From: Ministeria vibrans ATCC 50519
Taxonomy: Eukaryota > Protista > Filasterea
Length of the DNA: 64,000 bases
Direction of reading: 5' to 3'
Assembly (NCBI GenBank): GCA_943704425.1
Contig: CALSCP010001674.1
Coordinates: 53,822-117,821 of the forward strand
Positions 1 to 12,598 of the stretch are shown here, in pieces (the stretch's first letter is position 1; each line of letters opens with the position of its first letter). Both the position numbers and the translations under genes were made by a program. Below the pieces are notes generated by a model, which searched no databases, had not been told where the DNA came from, and saw only the letters and a program-made list of their open reading frames with translations.

Positions 1-2110
1 TGATCTGGTGGACGTGCTGGCGTCGCTGTGTGTGCACAGTGTCGACGGTGCAGCAAAAGTCATTGGGTGCGATCGGCTCTTGCTTGTCTGTGCTGTGCAC
101 CTGACGCGTCCCGGCCGCGTCCGCTGGCGTGTCTTGCGTCTCCTACGCCTCATGTGTGCTGCCGGAGGACAGGGCGTTGCACGTGAGCTCGTCTCTGACT
201 ATGGCATTGCCGAGCGCATTTTGCCACTCTTGCTCGAATGTGTCTCGCTGGTTGATCCGCACGAGAGTCCGCAAGCAACCGAGTGTGCGCGCCAAGAGGC
301 CTTTCGTCTGTGGGCCGTCTTCTGTCGCTATGGCCTTCTGGCGGGTCCTGTCGCCGACTTGTACGCGCCTGTATTTTGCGAGGGAGCTCTCTCGCCCTCA
401 CGAACGCAGTACAGCGATGCGTCGCGCGTTGCTGCTCTTCACTGCATTGAACAGATTGCGTTTGCCGCAGCGCATCCCTTGGAACAGTTCCCGCCCGAGG
501 GACTCCTATGGTCGCACGTCGACGGTCTGCTGCCGTCCATTGTTCAGCTGTGGACGACCAGGGGTGTGTCGAGTGCTGTTTTGCATGCGTGTGCTCTCGC
601 ATGTGCTGCTATCGTGGAACACACTCCTGCGGGCCTCACACACCCTTTGAGTGTGTTCACGCGCATCTTTGACACACTCTTGTTGCTCACCAAAGATGAG
701 CCTGTCTGGCCCTGGTCCTATGTGCGTCTGTCGCGGGTCTGTCTCGAGCACATGAGGGATGCCCACCACGAGTGCGTGGTTGCCTTTCGCTTGCATCTGA
801 CCACCGTGTTTACTGTGGGCACTGCTCAGGCAGACGCGGATGTGGCGTGTCTCAGTGAATTTGTACGAGTGGGCACTCTCCTTGACGACACAAACGAAAA
901 AAACATTGCCGCGCAAGTGTGGTCGACTAGTGTCAACATTCTCGCGTGTGCTCGTGCCGGCGACGAACACATTGTCGAGTGGCTCTTACATCATGTCATT
1001 CTCGACGATCGATTCCTCCTGTCGCGTCCTTCGTCCTTCAACGAGACCATCGAATCGAGCGCCTGGGACGTCACCGAACGCGCTGTGCCACTCTCCCAGG
1101 GCGACACCAAGAGTGTATCGAGCCTGCGAGAGTCGCTCTCCGACTATTTTCTGGGCGGCCTTGTGGGCGATCGTGCTCAGCAACATCGAAGCAAGACTGT
1201 GTGGCCTCTGCGTCAGTTTGCCGGTGTGCGTGCGACGTCGCTTCTGCCGTGCTCTGCTTATTGGGCTCTCATTCCACTTGAGCTTGCGTACGACTACGTA
1301 AACACTCAGGGGGTCTCCATGGAACGCCCGTTGGCCGCCGACAACACTCTGGCCGTCGTCACGGCCGCTCTGCAGTTTCTCTACGAGTGTTGCACGCGAC
1401 ATGGTCTTGCCGCCTCCGCCGAACCGGGTCTTTGCATCGCTACTCTCAGCAAGGTTTTTCTGCTCAGCTCGTCGCTCTTCACCGAACCCAAAGTGCACGC
1501 GCTACTTGCATCGCTGCTCGTCTTGTTTGCATCTACTCCCTCTGCGACGGCATTCTTTCCCGCTGGGCCCTATGAGGATGTCTACCGTGCGCTGCTGGAT
1601 CACTTTAACAGTGTTGCCAATGGCAACACTCTATTCACCGCCTACCTCTTTTACCCGCTGCGCCAGTGCTGTCCGCCCCTTCTACGCGCTCGTCTTTATC
1701 GCGAAGACGAAGACTCTCTTCTCACCTACTTGCATGCGCGCGGAGCAACGACGCTCTGTTGGAGTCTGCGCGAGCACAGTGACCCGCCCGAACGTGACCT
1801 GGTCCTCCTCACGTCCCTCGTGGCGCTCCTTGCGCGTCGAGGTCTCCCCTTGCTTCTCGAACGCGCTCCCTTGCTCTTCTCCATGGCACTTTATCACGTG
1901 GCACGAGCGCTCTTTGACGAAGACAGTGTGGTGCGAGAGCCACTTTTGAAGCTGGTGCGGCAGCAATGGAAGAAGGTAATTTTTTAGTGAGTGAGTGAGT
2001 GAGGTGGAGTGTGCGTTTGACATTGTTTTTCGTTTTAGGATTTGGTGGATCATTTGGTGTGGTGCGATTGGACTGTGCCGCTGGCGGTACCTCTGGCGCG
2101 TCGGAGTGAG
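1..2110 (+). CDS. RPAP1: RNA polymerase II-associated protein 1, C-terminal part (5' truncated by window)
   Basis: 659-aa ORF with EAFRLWAVFCRYG and the C-terminal block YRALLDHFNSVANGNTLFTAYLFYPLRQ...RARLY typical of RPAP1. Probable intron 1976-2038; the last exon and end are uncertain. Confidence 0.7.
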
Positions 2111-2223
2111 CCTGTCTTAGGTTGTTTTTAACTTAACTACAAGCCCTTAATCCAGACATTTAAGAGCAACCGTCACGCCTTCGTATTTTAATAAAGGCAT
2201 CTTGTCAATTTGCATTTTGTACG

Positions 2224-3010
2224 TTACTCTGTGTTTGGCCGCTTAAAGAGCGCAAAAACGCCAGCAAAGCCCAACAGACCTCCATCGCCGTGAATAACAA
2301 GCTCACCGACAGCATAGGCAGCGGCAGGCAGACGCAAACCGGCGACAATGGCACGCCAGGTGGTCTCTGTCGTTACGACAGTGTACTCGCTCAGCGCACT
2401 CGAGTGCTCAGGCACCATTGTCGCTTCAAAGGAACTGACATTGGTGACACAGATCGACTCACGTATGTGCAAGAGGACATGTTGGTGGGTGTCGGTGAAA
2501 AAGAAGCGCACGCGTACGTTGGTCGAGGCACTCGCGAGTGCGTCCAGTGTACAGGCCATCAGACGAAAAATGGTCTCGAGCGGTAGTCGTTCCACCGCAC
2601 TTTGAATCTAAAGTAAAGTTGTTGGCGTCCAGGTGACTGTTGATTTCATCTCGCGTGCAAACAATACCTTGTCACGCGACGGCTCGAGGATTGCGACTTC
2701 ACTGGCCTCGAGCGCACAGGTGAGGAGGTAGTTGCGGCCATTGGCACTCGTGTAGTAGGCGGCAAGGGAACGCAATGCGTCCGCATACGCTTGACGAACT
2801 CGACTCAGGTCCGCGGGAGAGAGCGAAGGAGTAAGCAGGAGTGACTCAAGCAGCGTCACAGCCCATTGGTCACCCGATCGACTGTTTTCCTGACGCGCAC
2901 TCTGAGCCTGAGCAAGCACACTCGCAGAGGAGCCCCCGCAGAGACGAAGCAGTCGGGCAGCCGTGTCAGAGCGAGGAAGAGGGTCCAGTTCGCTCGCAAA
3001 CCCACTAAAC
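2224..3010 (-). CDS. Alkyl sulfatase (SdsA1/BDS1-type) dimerisation domain + SCP2-like C-terminal domain, two exons (3010-2668, 2607-2224), no start codon of its own
   Basis: FSGFASELDPLP...RLCGG...QWAVTLL...ADALRSLAAYYTSANGRNYLLTCALE resembles the SdsA1 dimerisation domain. LPLETIFRLMACTLD...WRAIVAG...GELVIHGD is SCP2-like. GT-AG intron 2667-2608 joins DK|IQSAVERL in frame, and there is a polypyrimidine CAG acceptor at 3011. Confidence 0.72.
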
Positions 3011-3106
3011 CTGGAGGGGGGAAAGAGAGAAAAGGAGTTAAAAAGGTGCGGCCAAAGTGAACAACAATGCACACAATACTAACACTACTTCTACTACTTC
3101 AAATAC

Positions 3107-3197
<91 letters not shown>
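3107..3197. repeat. (AAT)n microsatellite
   Basis: About 30 AAT units seen directly. Confidence 0.97.
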
Positions 3198-3198
<1 letters not shown>

Positions 3199-3201
3199 TC
3201 A

Positions 3202-6200
3202 TTACTTGTGCAGTGGGTGCGATGGAGCTGAGCTTGGACGAAGGACCGTCGGGTCGACGGAGAGTGTGGCGAGGGGGCGGGGTCCCGGACGAGGGGGCGC
3301 AACGGGGCGTGAGGCGGGACGCGGACGAGGCGCTGCGACGGGCCGACGGGTCGCCACGACCTCTTCGGGTGTGGGCTCGGGTTTGACGAGCGCCGTTTCG
3401 GCCGCTCGACGCGCTTCTTCCTGCTTCGTCAAGAGAGTGGCACTCTCTTGCTCAGTGCGCTCTCGCAGACGATTCATAGCGCGCTGCAGGCGCTCTTCCT
3501 CCCGTGCCGACGCAGCCGCTGCTCGCTCCGCCTCTTCCGTCGCCTCGCGTGCCTTTCGCTCCACCTCAGCCTGTTCCGCCGCTGCCTGCTCCTCCGCAGC
3601 CCGCGTGGCCGCAGCCGCTTCTTCATTCGCAAGGCGCTTTGCCTCGGCCAATCGTTCCCGCTCCGCTTCCACAGCCTGCTTCTCGGCCGCCTCACGCTCA
3701 CGTGCTTCCTGTTTCTCACGCTCCACACGCTCCTTCTCCTCCTTCTTTTCCCGCGCCGCCCGTTCCTTCTCCTCCTTCTTCTCCCGCACCAATCGTTCCT
3801 TCTCTTCCTTCTTCTCCCGCGCCACTCGCTCCTTCTCCGCTTTCTTCAGCCCCTTCGTCTTGCGCCCCACACTCTCCCCTTCCATCTCCGTCTCCTTCGC
3901 CATATCCTGAGCTTCCCTCTCCTCCTCCTCATCCTCCTCCGCCTTCTTCTCTTCATGCTCCCGCTGCTGCTTCTGCTGCTGCTCTTCCTCTTCTTCCAGC
4001 TCCTTCAATCGCTTCTTCTCACGTTTCTCCAACAGTTGACGTTTCTCCCGCTCCATCTCGGCAGCGCGTCGTCGTTTGATCTCCTCTTCCTCCAAACTCA
4101 CGCGAGCCGAAGCAGTCTCCACTACTTCTTCCTGCTGCACCTGCTTGGGTCGTCGCGCACGAGACGGTTGCCTTACCACTGCCGCTGCTCTACCCACAGC
4201 AGCAGCAGCAGTAGCAGGAGCAGCAGGAGACGTCGCAGCCTTCGCAGTCGTGTTGGGGGAGTACCCACCAGCAGTGCCACGACTCAACGAAGCGGTGCGC
4301 ACTCGCATCTCAACGGTCGCGTCGCGTCGCAGGGGCTCTAACAGTGCCAGTTGAACCATGAGCTTCTGGATTGCTTCGGCGTTCTTCTCAGACCCACCCG
4401 TCTCAGTCGCATTGCCGTTCGCGTCCTCAAGTGCGTCGGCCATGCGCAAAACATTGATCTGCTCCAGAATGGTGTTCACCTTGAACTGCTGTCGCTCAAT
4501 GAGTCGCGTCACAGCAAGAATCTGCAAAGGAAGATCGCGCACACAACGCTCAGCAGGGTACCAGTCGGGCGGGCGCAGACAGCCGGGCGCAAAGACAATG
4601 CCCAGTGCCTTGCTGTCCATGAGGTTGTGCTTGCCGTGCTGTGCCACGCGCACCAGATGATAGATGAGCACCTCAAGCGTCAGGTAGTTCTCGCGCGGCA
4701 AGCACTGGCACACCTGATAAAGCGCACTATACGACTGCTCCACTGACAGGTCGCCTGTGACGCTACGCAACAGGTCATCGTACTGCTCGTAAGCAATGAC
4801 TGGCTCGGGGAGCTCGCGGAACCACGACTTTAGCATGGCACAGAGCACTGGCACCGGCACCTCGTCAAAGTCCACGGCATCAACGCCGCGTCGCTCGAGT
4901 ACTCGCTTGAGCTCCTCAATGGCCGAGTGCTGTGCTGGCTTGCGGTACACGCCAGCCGTGTAGAGACCGTTCTTGTCGATGGCCGCAACGGCAAGCGAAA
5001 GCAGTGGCGACACAAACACGCCCTTGTTGGGGTCCGACTGGCGCCGCAGAGATACCTTGAAATAGCGCCCTTTCGCACCGCCTTTGAGCATGCCCCACAG
5101 ACGTCGCTTGTTGTTACCACCTCCGCCACTGCCACCACCGCTCATCGCTCGAATGCTGTCCAACTCACTTCCATTGGTTGACTGCTCGTGTGCCTCCTCC
5201 CCCTCCTGCTGTTGTTGCTGTTGTGCGTCCTTGCCTTCGCGCGTCCGCCCATGGTCCGCACGACACGTGTGCACCGTCAACACCTGACACTTGGCATGAC
5301 AGGCAAACTTGCACAGCCGACACAACACATAGCGTTCAAGGAATCCCACCATACGATCGCAGTGCTCACACACAGTGCGAATCCCGTAGTGGGCCGCGAC
5401 AAACTCATGACCATTGTGCGAGAAGATGCTCGTCGCCTCAGTGCCCCTCTTCTTCTTACCATTGGTCTTGGTGACCTTGTTCCTCAGTCGTTGTCCGAGT
5501 CCCGTCGACAGCGCCGCGCCTTCACCCGCCACCGTCGACCGCTTGCTCTTCTTCGACACATTCTCACCCGCACGCTCCAATACGAGTCCACTCGACGTCA
5601 CCACCGTGCCCAGTGACTTGCGACGGTCCAAGACCGGCCGTGCGTCCTCTTCTTCTTCTCCTTCTTCTTCTTCTTCTTCCAAATCCGCTTCCTCATCCAC
5701 TTCCCCCACTTCTTCATCTTCCTCATCATTATCTTCGCCCTCTTCCCCCACTTCACCCAACTCGGTGCTCTCGTCTCCCTCTTTGGTATAGTTGTCTCCT
5801 TCAACCACTTCACGAAACTTCACAAGCGCTTCAGCAGCCGGTCGTGCGCCAGACGGTGGCGGTGGCGGGATCATGGGCACCCGTTTCTTGGATGGAACCT
5901 TGGCACGCAGCATGGGTACCGAGGGCGGGCGGAAACGACGGGTCTCCAACAAAATCGCACGGAACGCCTCCTTGACACGCGCCACCACCTGAAGACGCAC
6001 GTCGGACACAACTTTCTTCTCGGCACACACCTGCATCGTGATGTGTCCCATGCGCTCGACCATCTCGTCCATTGCCACGCACACATCGACCGTCATGGTC
6101 GTCGCACACACCACTTCGTTGTGGTAGCGGCGAAGTGCCACGCCAGTCAAATAGTCGACGTCCTCGGCTTCGGGTACCAGCTCCGTACTGAGAATGAACG

Positions 6201-9200
6201 CCCGCTGTTCATCCGAGCTAGCGCCCAGATTCTCATCGTCGTCCTCTTCGGTGGGAAACTCCAGCGCGCGCTTCAACATAGCCTTTTGAAATTTTTCAAC
6301 ATGCTCGAGGCTTTTAAGGGCAAAATCGTCAAATTCGGGCTCATTGACAAGCTCGTGTAGCGTCAAAATCGACGGATGAACCGTGTTGCGTTGAAGTAAT
6401 CGCTGTGAGCGGGCTCGTCGCAGTTCAACCATACGCATTGCCTTCTCAATGGCAGCATTTTTGGGAGCGGCGACAGAGGGGGAGGCAGATGGTATTGCGG
6501 CAGCAGAGGAGGAGGGAAAGACGGTAGGTGAGCGGTTGTTCGCGCCACTGTTGTTGTTCAGGTCGAGTGTGGACGGACCCTTGCCGGCCGAAACTATCGT
6601 TGCCGTGGTGGCTACTACGCCTTCAACCTGCTCCTCCTCGTCGTCGTCCGAGTCCGCCGATTTGCGCAGCGCTGCCGGTGGAAGGTAGCTCGGGGCACGA
6701 TTAGGCTTCTTGCGTGCCCGTGCTGTGCCGGCACACGTTTTCATGTTCTCGCGACAGCCCATGTGGCACACATGATAACAGACGCCGCACTGGGCGGCAT
6801 GACGGCGCTGCAAGAGGGGCACGTCACAGACGACACAAGGCACCGCCACACGCACCATGATGACGTCGTAGACATGGCCACTGCTATTGTCCACATGAAA
6901 GCCATGAGCAATCGAGCCGACCTTCTTGGTCGCGGGGCCACCAAGCGGTGCCAATCGACCTGTAGGTACATTTTTACGGGAGGTTCGGGGAGAGTGTGAC
7001 GGGCTTGAGCGTGCCGAGCCAACGCTCTCAACCGAGAGGGGACGCGGCGGACCCTTCAACAAGCGATTGAGAGACGTCGCTGAAGTACCACCACCACCAC
7101 CACCACCACCGGTAGCGGCCGTTCGAAAGGATTGCGGTCGGGCGGGACTCGTCGCTTTTGCGGTGTTGCTGATCGTCGCACTGCTTGTGGACAATGAAGC
7201 AGCCTCCAACTCCTGCTCATCGCGGTTGATACTGAGCGCACTGCCAGTGAGTAGCATTTGAGTGCGCTCGGCCACCGTCGACATGCGAGGCACTTTGAAA
7301 GCCGCCCTCAGGTCGCTGTTAATCGAGTCGTTCGACGACGCAACCCGACTCATGGGTGACGAGTCGGACATGTCCGGCTCGGCCTGCGTGCCCTGAATGA
7401 GTCGACAAGTCACACGCGCAGCGCTCAGAGATGGTGACGTAACGGGTGACGCAGTCGACACCATGGTCACCGAAGTGACATTCACCTGAAGTGCTTCGTC
7501 CTCCTCCAACACATATGCATTGCTCTCTTCGACTGCCGCAGCTGCCATCCCATCCTCGGTTGCCTCACTACTGTCAACCACGTCGGCTGTTGCTTCACGG
7601 TTCGCGTCTTTCGCTGCTTCAGTCCCCTTTTCGTTTGTGACGGTAGCCGTCGATGCAACAGACACGCTCGAGCTGAAAGGCGCTTCGCCCGAATCGTCAC
7701 AAAAGTCCATGTTGCCAAGGGAGCCCAAGGAATCGTGGCGTTCCGCATCCTGATTTAGCGCCTCGCCTAGAACAGTAAGGGTCGCAGGAATATGCGAGAG
7801 TCGGTTGGCGTTGGCGTGCTGAGCTCGCGCCGCATCTGAGCTTCCGTCGTCGTCACGTTTGCGCGGATCCATCGCACCCAGAATGGTCTTCATCCTCTTG
7901 CGCAGTTGCGGCGGTGCCACCTTATTCATAATCTTGTTTCGCCGTCCACCACCAGCGGCAGTGGCAGTGCCCGACTTTAAGGCTGTCGAAGGGGACTTTG
8001 AGTCGTCGCCATCGGAAAGGCATGAGCGGTCCTCGGATGTGTCACCGAGCGGCGCTCGTTCCTTGCTCGTGCTGCTATCGTCAAGATCAAGCAGACGGGG
8101 ATCGGAGCGGTTGCGACGGTGTCCAAAACGACGCCAGCCCTTGAGATGTTGAGGTGCCTTGTAGACAAGAACCTCCGAGCTGTTGCTCATGGTCTGAACG
8201 ACGGGCAGTTTTCCATCGCTGCCACCGCTTTCGATACCATCAGCGCTCGCATTGGAGCTGCGTGGCGAGTGGAGATCCGACGACGCGAGGTCATCACCAC
8301 GCATGAGCTCATCGCCCATCGTGTGGCGGTGATGCACGGTCGACGTGTCGCCCTTTTCAAGGCGCTTCTGAGCACGACGCAGTCTTTCCTTTGCCATGCG
8401 ACGCTCCTCACGCTCTGCAGCGGCCGCCAGCTCAAGTTCCGCCTGACGGTGCACCTCCTCTTCGCGTTGTTGCTGCAAAATTTGCAGTTCGCGCTCGCGC
8501 TCGGCCAGACGTAGTGCCTCCTGCTCCATGAGTTGCTGACGATGGAGTGCGGCAGCGCGTCGCTCGGCCTCGCGCTGTTCGCGCTCAGCTTGAAGGCGTG
8601 CCTCTTCGGCAAGACGCTCCGCTTCGAGTGCCGCAAGACGTGCCTCCTCCTCAGCCTTGCAGCGCGCCATTTCCGCTTCGTGCCACAGCCGAGCAAGCTG
8701 AGCCATGGCGAGTCGCATGCGCCACCACGACTGCAGCTGAATGGCGGCGTCGAGTTCGCAGCGAAGCATCTCGGCGTGCTGGCGCGCGCGACGGCCACGC
8801 GTGTACGCTTGAAAAACAATGGCAGCGCGACGCATACTGAGAAAGCGCTGACGCTGCAAGTGTGCACGGTAGCCGCGCTGAATGATCATGGCGGCGGACA
8901 TGAGACGACTCTGAAGCATGGTGTCGAGAAAGTCGCAGAGTTGCTGGCGCATAAAAATGCGCGTCTTGCCGACCTGATACGGGGGAAAACTTGTGTCCAC
9001 GGAGGCGTCGGGCAGACGACTGAGCAAAGGTGGCACGCGCTGCATAAGCTGATCAATGGGTGCCTTTCTCACTTCGCCACGACGGCGCAGCAGTACGTAG
9101 AAGCGCGAGGCAAACGCTTCAAACGAGAGACGGGTGGGGTAGCCGGCGCGCCGGATGCGTGTCGTCTCCTGGACGCCACAGTAGCGTAGTTGGGTCATGA

Positions 9201-11387
9201 CAAAGTCCGCGTCGATAGTGAGCGGCTGGCCAGCCGGATTTGTTTTGATGCAACGCACAAAGTGAGGCACCGACGTGTTCAGAGTGGCAATGAGTTCACC
9301 AAGTGACACCTCAAACTGAGCGCTGACGGTGAGTTGACGTTTGTCGCGCAGACGAGCGATCGTGGCTGGCTTGCGCGACGTGGCCTGGCGCATGTCGGCG
9401 CGCATTTTGGCAGCCTCGGACTTCTTGCGGACGGCGCCCACTGAGTTGTGAAGGGCCTCGTGCAGACGATGGTTGTAGCTGATGGCGAAGCAAAAGCGCA
9501 TGACATTGCGGAGTTTGCGCCAGTTTCGCGCGGCACTCTTGGACTTCATCGACTGAAGGGCACCTCCGTCACCCATGGTGGACATGTCACGGAGCAGGGG
9601 CAGGTCGGAGCGGAAAAGAGCGGAGAGAATGTCGTGGCGCATGACATCGCGGTTTTTGTCTAGGAAGCCGACAATCTCATAATGGACTTCGCCAGCGTAG
9701 TGAGCAACGCCAAAGGTGGTCGTCTGTTTTTTGACGGGTCGCAAGTAGAGCTTGTTTGGGTTCTTTTTGGGTGCGTGGGCGCGATGAAACTTGTCAAGGA
9801 GCGTCTGGTCGGTGGCCTTGGGGAAGTTGCTCTCCTCGTTGAGGGTGGGAAGGAGGCCGGTGGGACGTTTGGTGATAAGGTCGATGCACGCCTGGTTATC
9901 GACAAACATGATGGCCGACCAGCGGATGTCCTCCTCTTCGTACAGCTGCTGTTCGAGGCGAAAGACGTGTGCGTTGAAATAGCGCTGCAGCTCCTCGTTT
10001 GCAAAGTTGATGCAAAACTGCTCAAAGGAGTTGATGGCAAAGTTTTCAAAGCCAAAGATGTCAAGCATGCCAAGCACGGCGGAGGACCAGCCGCTCACAA
10101 CAGACTGCATGGAGGATGGGGCCCCGCGAGGGCTCACGAGAGTATTCATGTGATTGAGGATCCACTGGAACATGTTGCCGTAGAGCGTTTTGGCGAGGCC
10201 GTCGCGGCCCTCGACCGCCTGCTGTTCGGTGCAGTTGGCGGAGAAGCGCTCGCCTGCGCCAGTAATGCTGCTGCGCTGGGTGAGTGCGTTTGCAAGGTCG
10301 CTGGGGGAGATGGCAAGAAGGTCGGCAACGACGCAGAGAGTGTCCATGACGCGCACCGAGGCTGCTTCGTGCTTGTCGACGGCAAAGCTCACGTTGCCCA
10401 GGTGAAGGATACCGGCAAGGACGCGCAGCAGCTGACGGATAGTGTCGGTGTCGAAGCCCATCTCAAGAAGGCCCTCGTTGAGACGACGGTACTCGACGGC
10501 GTCATCGACACCGTCAACAAAGTAGCAGTCGCTCTGTGAGAGGTAATGGTAGGCCTGGGGCACCTCGAGGTGCCATTTTTGGCGGTCGTCATCCGATGCG
10601 CCCGCGAGCAATGCATAGAACACGTGGTAGTTGCGCTCGTGGCGGGCCGGGTGGACTATGCGACTGCGTTCAAGGAGATAGTTGACCATGCGAGCGCCTT
10701 CGATCTGACCGCTCGCATTGAAGCGAATCTCCATAAACTTGCCAAAGCGCGACGAGTTGTTGTTGCGCACCGTCTTGGCATTGCCAAAGGCCTCAAGCAC
10801 CGGTCCCGCACACACAATGTAGCGATCGATGGACTTTGGCATTGTCGTGTCAAGAGCAAAGCTGGGAATGCCGAGGTCGGCGCCGTCGGCGGCAGCGGCG
10901 CTCTTGTCGTTGGTCAGGCTCGAGATGTACTGGATGATGAGCTTGGTGGTCTCCGTCTTGCCGCTGCCGCTTTCGCCGCTCACCACGATGCACTGGGACT
11001 TCTTGGTCGCAAAGATGGCAGTGTAGGCGCTGTCGGCAATGGCGAAGATGTGGGGCGGGAGGTCGCCGAGCTTGCGCTGGCGATAGGTCGCCATGGCGCG
11101 CGGATTGTAGATGGCGAGCTTAGCAAAGGGGTTGAGAGCCACAAGAATAGAGCCGATGAAGGAGTAGATGAGCTTGTGCTGGAAGCGCAGCGAGAGGCAT
11201 CGCAGGATCGCCTGTGGGGAGAGGGTGCAGAGGAGGGAGGCGTCAGGAGAGCAATTGGTGGCGTAAGGAGGAAAAATGCATTGTGTATATGTCTTGTCTC
11301 TCTCTTCTTTTGGAAGTTGTCGATGTGATGAGGCATCTTACCTGGTCGTTGACATTCGACAGTGTCGTCAGATCGTCCGGAATGTCC
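3202..11387 (-). CDS. MYO9: Class IX-like unconventional myosin: motor, IQ motifs, coiled coil, two C1 domains, RhoGAP, charged helical tail
   Basis: P-loop GESGSGKT, switch I NNNSSRFGKF, switch II LDIFGFE, and a loop-2 insert (WRKLRNVMRF). IQ motifs IQRGYR/FQAYTRG/LQSWWR, C1 domains HVY..C..C and HNGHEF..CEHC, RhoGAP GVYRKPA...LKSWFRELPEP...NLMDSKALGIVFAP. Upstream exon 11387-11342 (DIPDDLTTLSNVNDQ) splices to the ~8 kb exon starting at 11211. Confidence 0.9.
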
Positions 11388-11503
11388 CTGTCCAACAGAG
11401 AAGAGTATTGCTTGACATTCACAGTTGTTCGTTTCTTTTTTTTTTTTTTTTTTTTTTTTTTTCGTTGTTGCGTTTGTTTTTCGAGATTGACTCATCAACG
11501 AAC

Positions 11504-11769
11504 CTGTAAATCGTCAAGGCCATTGACAGGGGCGCCTCCACTCTTAGCCAGCTAGAAGACGGGAGTCGTAGGTAAGTGGAGGAGAGTGTGGGTGAGGAGA
11601 GAGAGGAGAGAGAAGACAAAAACCATAAGCGACAAAAAAAAAAAAAACGACAAAAACTCACTTGTGCGTTTATCCATTTGACAAAGGTTTTGGTTTGCAC
11701 GTCCAATCGGCTCTGCTTGGCCTCTTGGATCTTGGACTGCATCCCTGATCCCGTGCCATATCGTGACAT
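11504..11769 (-). CDS. Two exons (11769-11662, 11551-11504) encoding the start of a calponin-homology domain
   Basis: MSRYG...VQTKTFVKWINAQ|LAKSGGAPVNGLDDLQ matches the QxKTFxxWxN actinin/filamin CH1 signature. Clean GTGAGT..TAG intron; the rest of the domain is not visible. Confidence 0.7.
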
Positions 11770-11916
11770 AGTGAGATGATAATGAGAAAATTAGAAGAAA
11801 AAAAATAATGTTTGATCTAAGATGAGAGTGAGTCACATTGACTAAACTTATTAGTGTTCATTGATTTGTGTGCGTCTCGTCGTGAATCGTGTGTGGGACG
11901 ACGGACGGCTGCGGCG

Positions 11917-12563
11917 ATGATGTTAAGAAGCGTGTGTGCGTCGCGAGGATGGGCTGCGCGCGCCGTGCAAGTGCGGGGTGCCAAGAACCTTGCTGTGCTG
12001 CACATTCCGATTGATACGCCCCAGGAAGAGGCTGAGCGCATTGCCAACGAACATGCCAAGGTGCTGGAGGCACGACTGGCGTCGGAACGCAGCGAACCGG
12101 ACATTGAAATGCGCTCCATGTCTTCACGTAAGTCTTCTTGTCATATCGTCCCTCTCTCTCTCTCTCGTGCTGCACGTGTCTGTGCTGGCGACCCGATGGG
12201 GCGGGAGGGGATTGGCACGTCTTCTTGGGGGGTGTGGGTGTGTTGATTGGTGTGCGAATTGCTTTCGTATTGTTGAAAACGTCTCTTTGGCCCTTATCGA
12301 TGATTGGTTGTTTCGTCTTGTAGCGAGAGGGAGCAAGCCTATTCATGGTAGTAAACAGCTGTGGAGAAAGGTACGGTTCATAATATAGTTGAGAGAGGGC
12401 GTGAGAGAGAGAGTGAGACTGTCTCACAATCGTAATGAGATGAGAAAGTGTCAAAGTACCAAACAAAAAGTAGCGCTCTGCTTCCCGCCGTAGACTTCAA
12501 CAAAAGAATGTTCCTGAAGAAGCACGTAGACTCATAAGCATTATAATAATTATTCTTGTTTTT

Positions 12564-12598
<35 letters not shown>

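Noticed and set aside
3057-3386. Poly-Asn / poly-Ile ORFs
   Set aside because: Translations of the (AAT)n microsatellite.
3206-11328. Many long + strand ORFs opposite the myosin (and similar shadows elsewhere)
   Set aside because: Antisense shadows of GC-rich coding sequence with no motifs.
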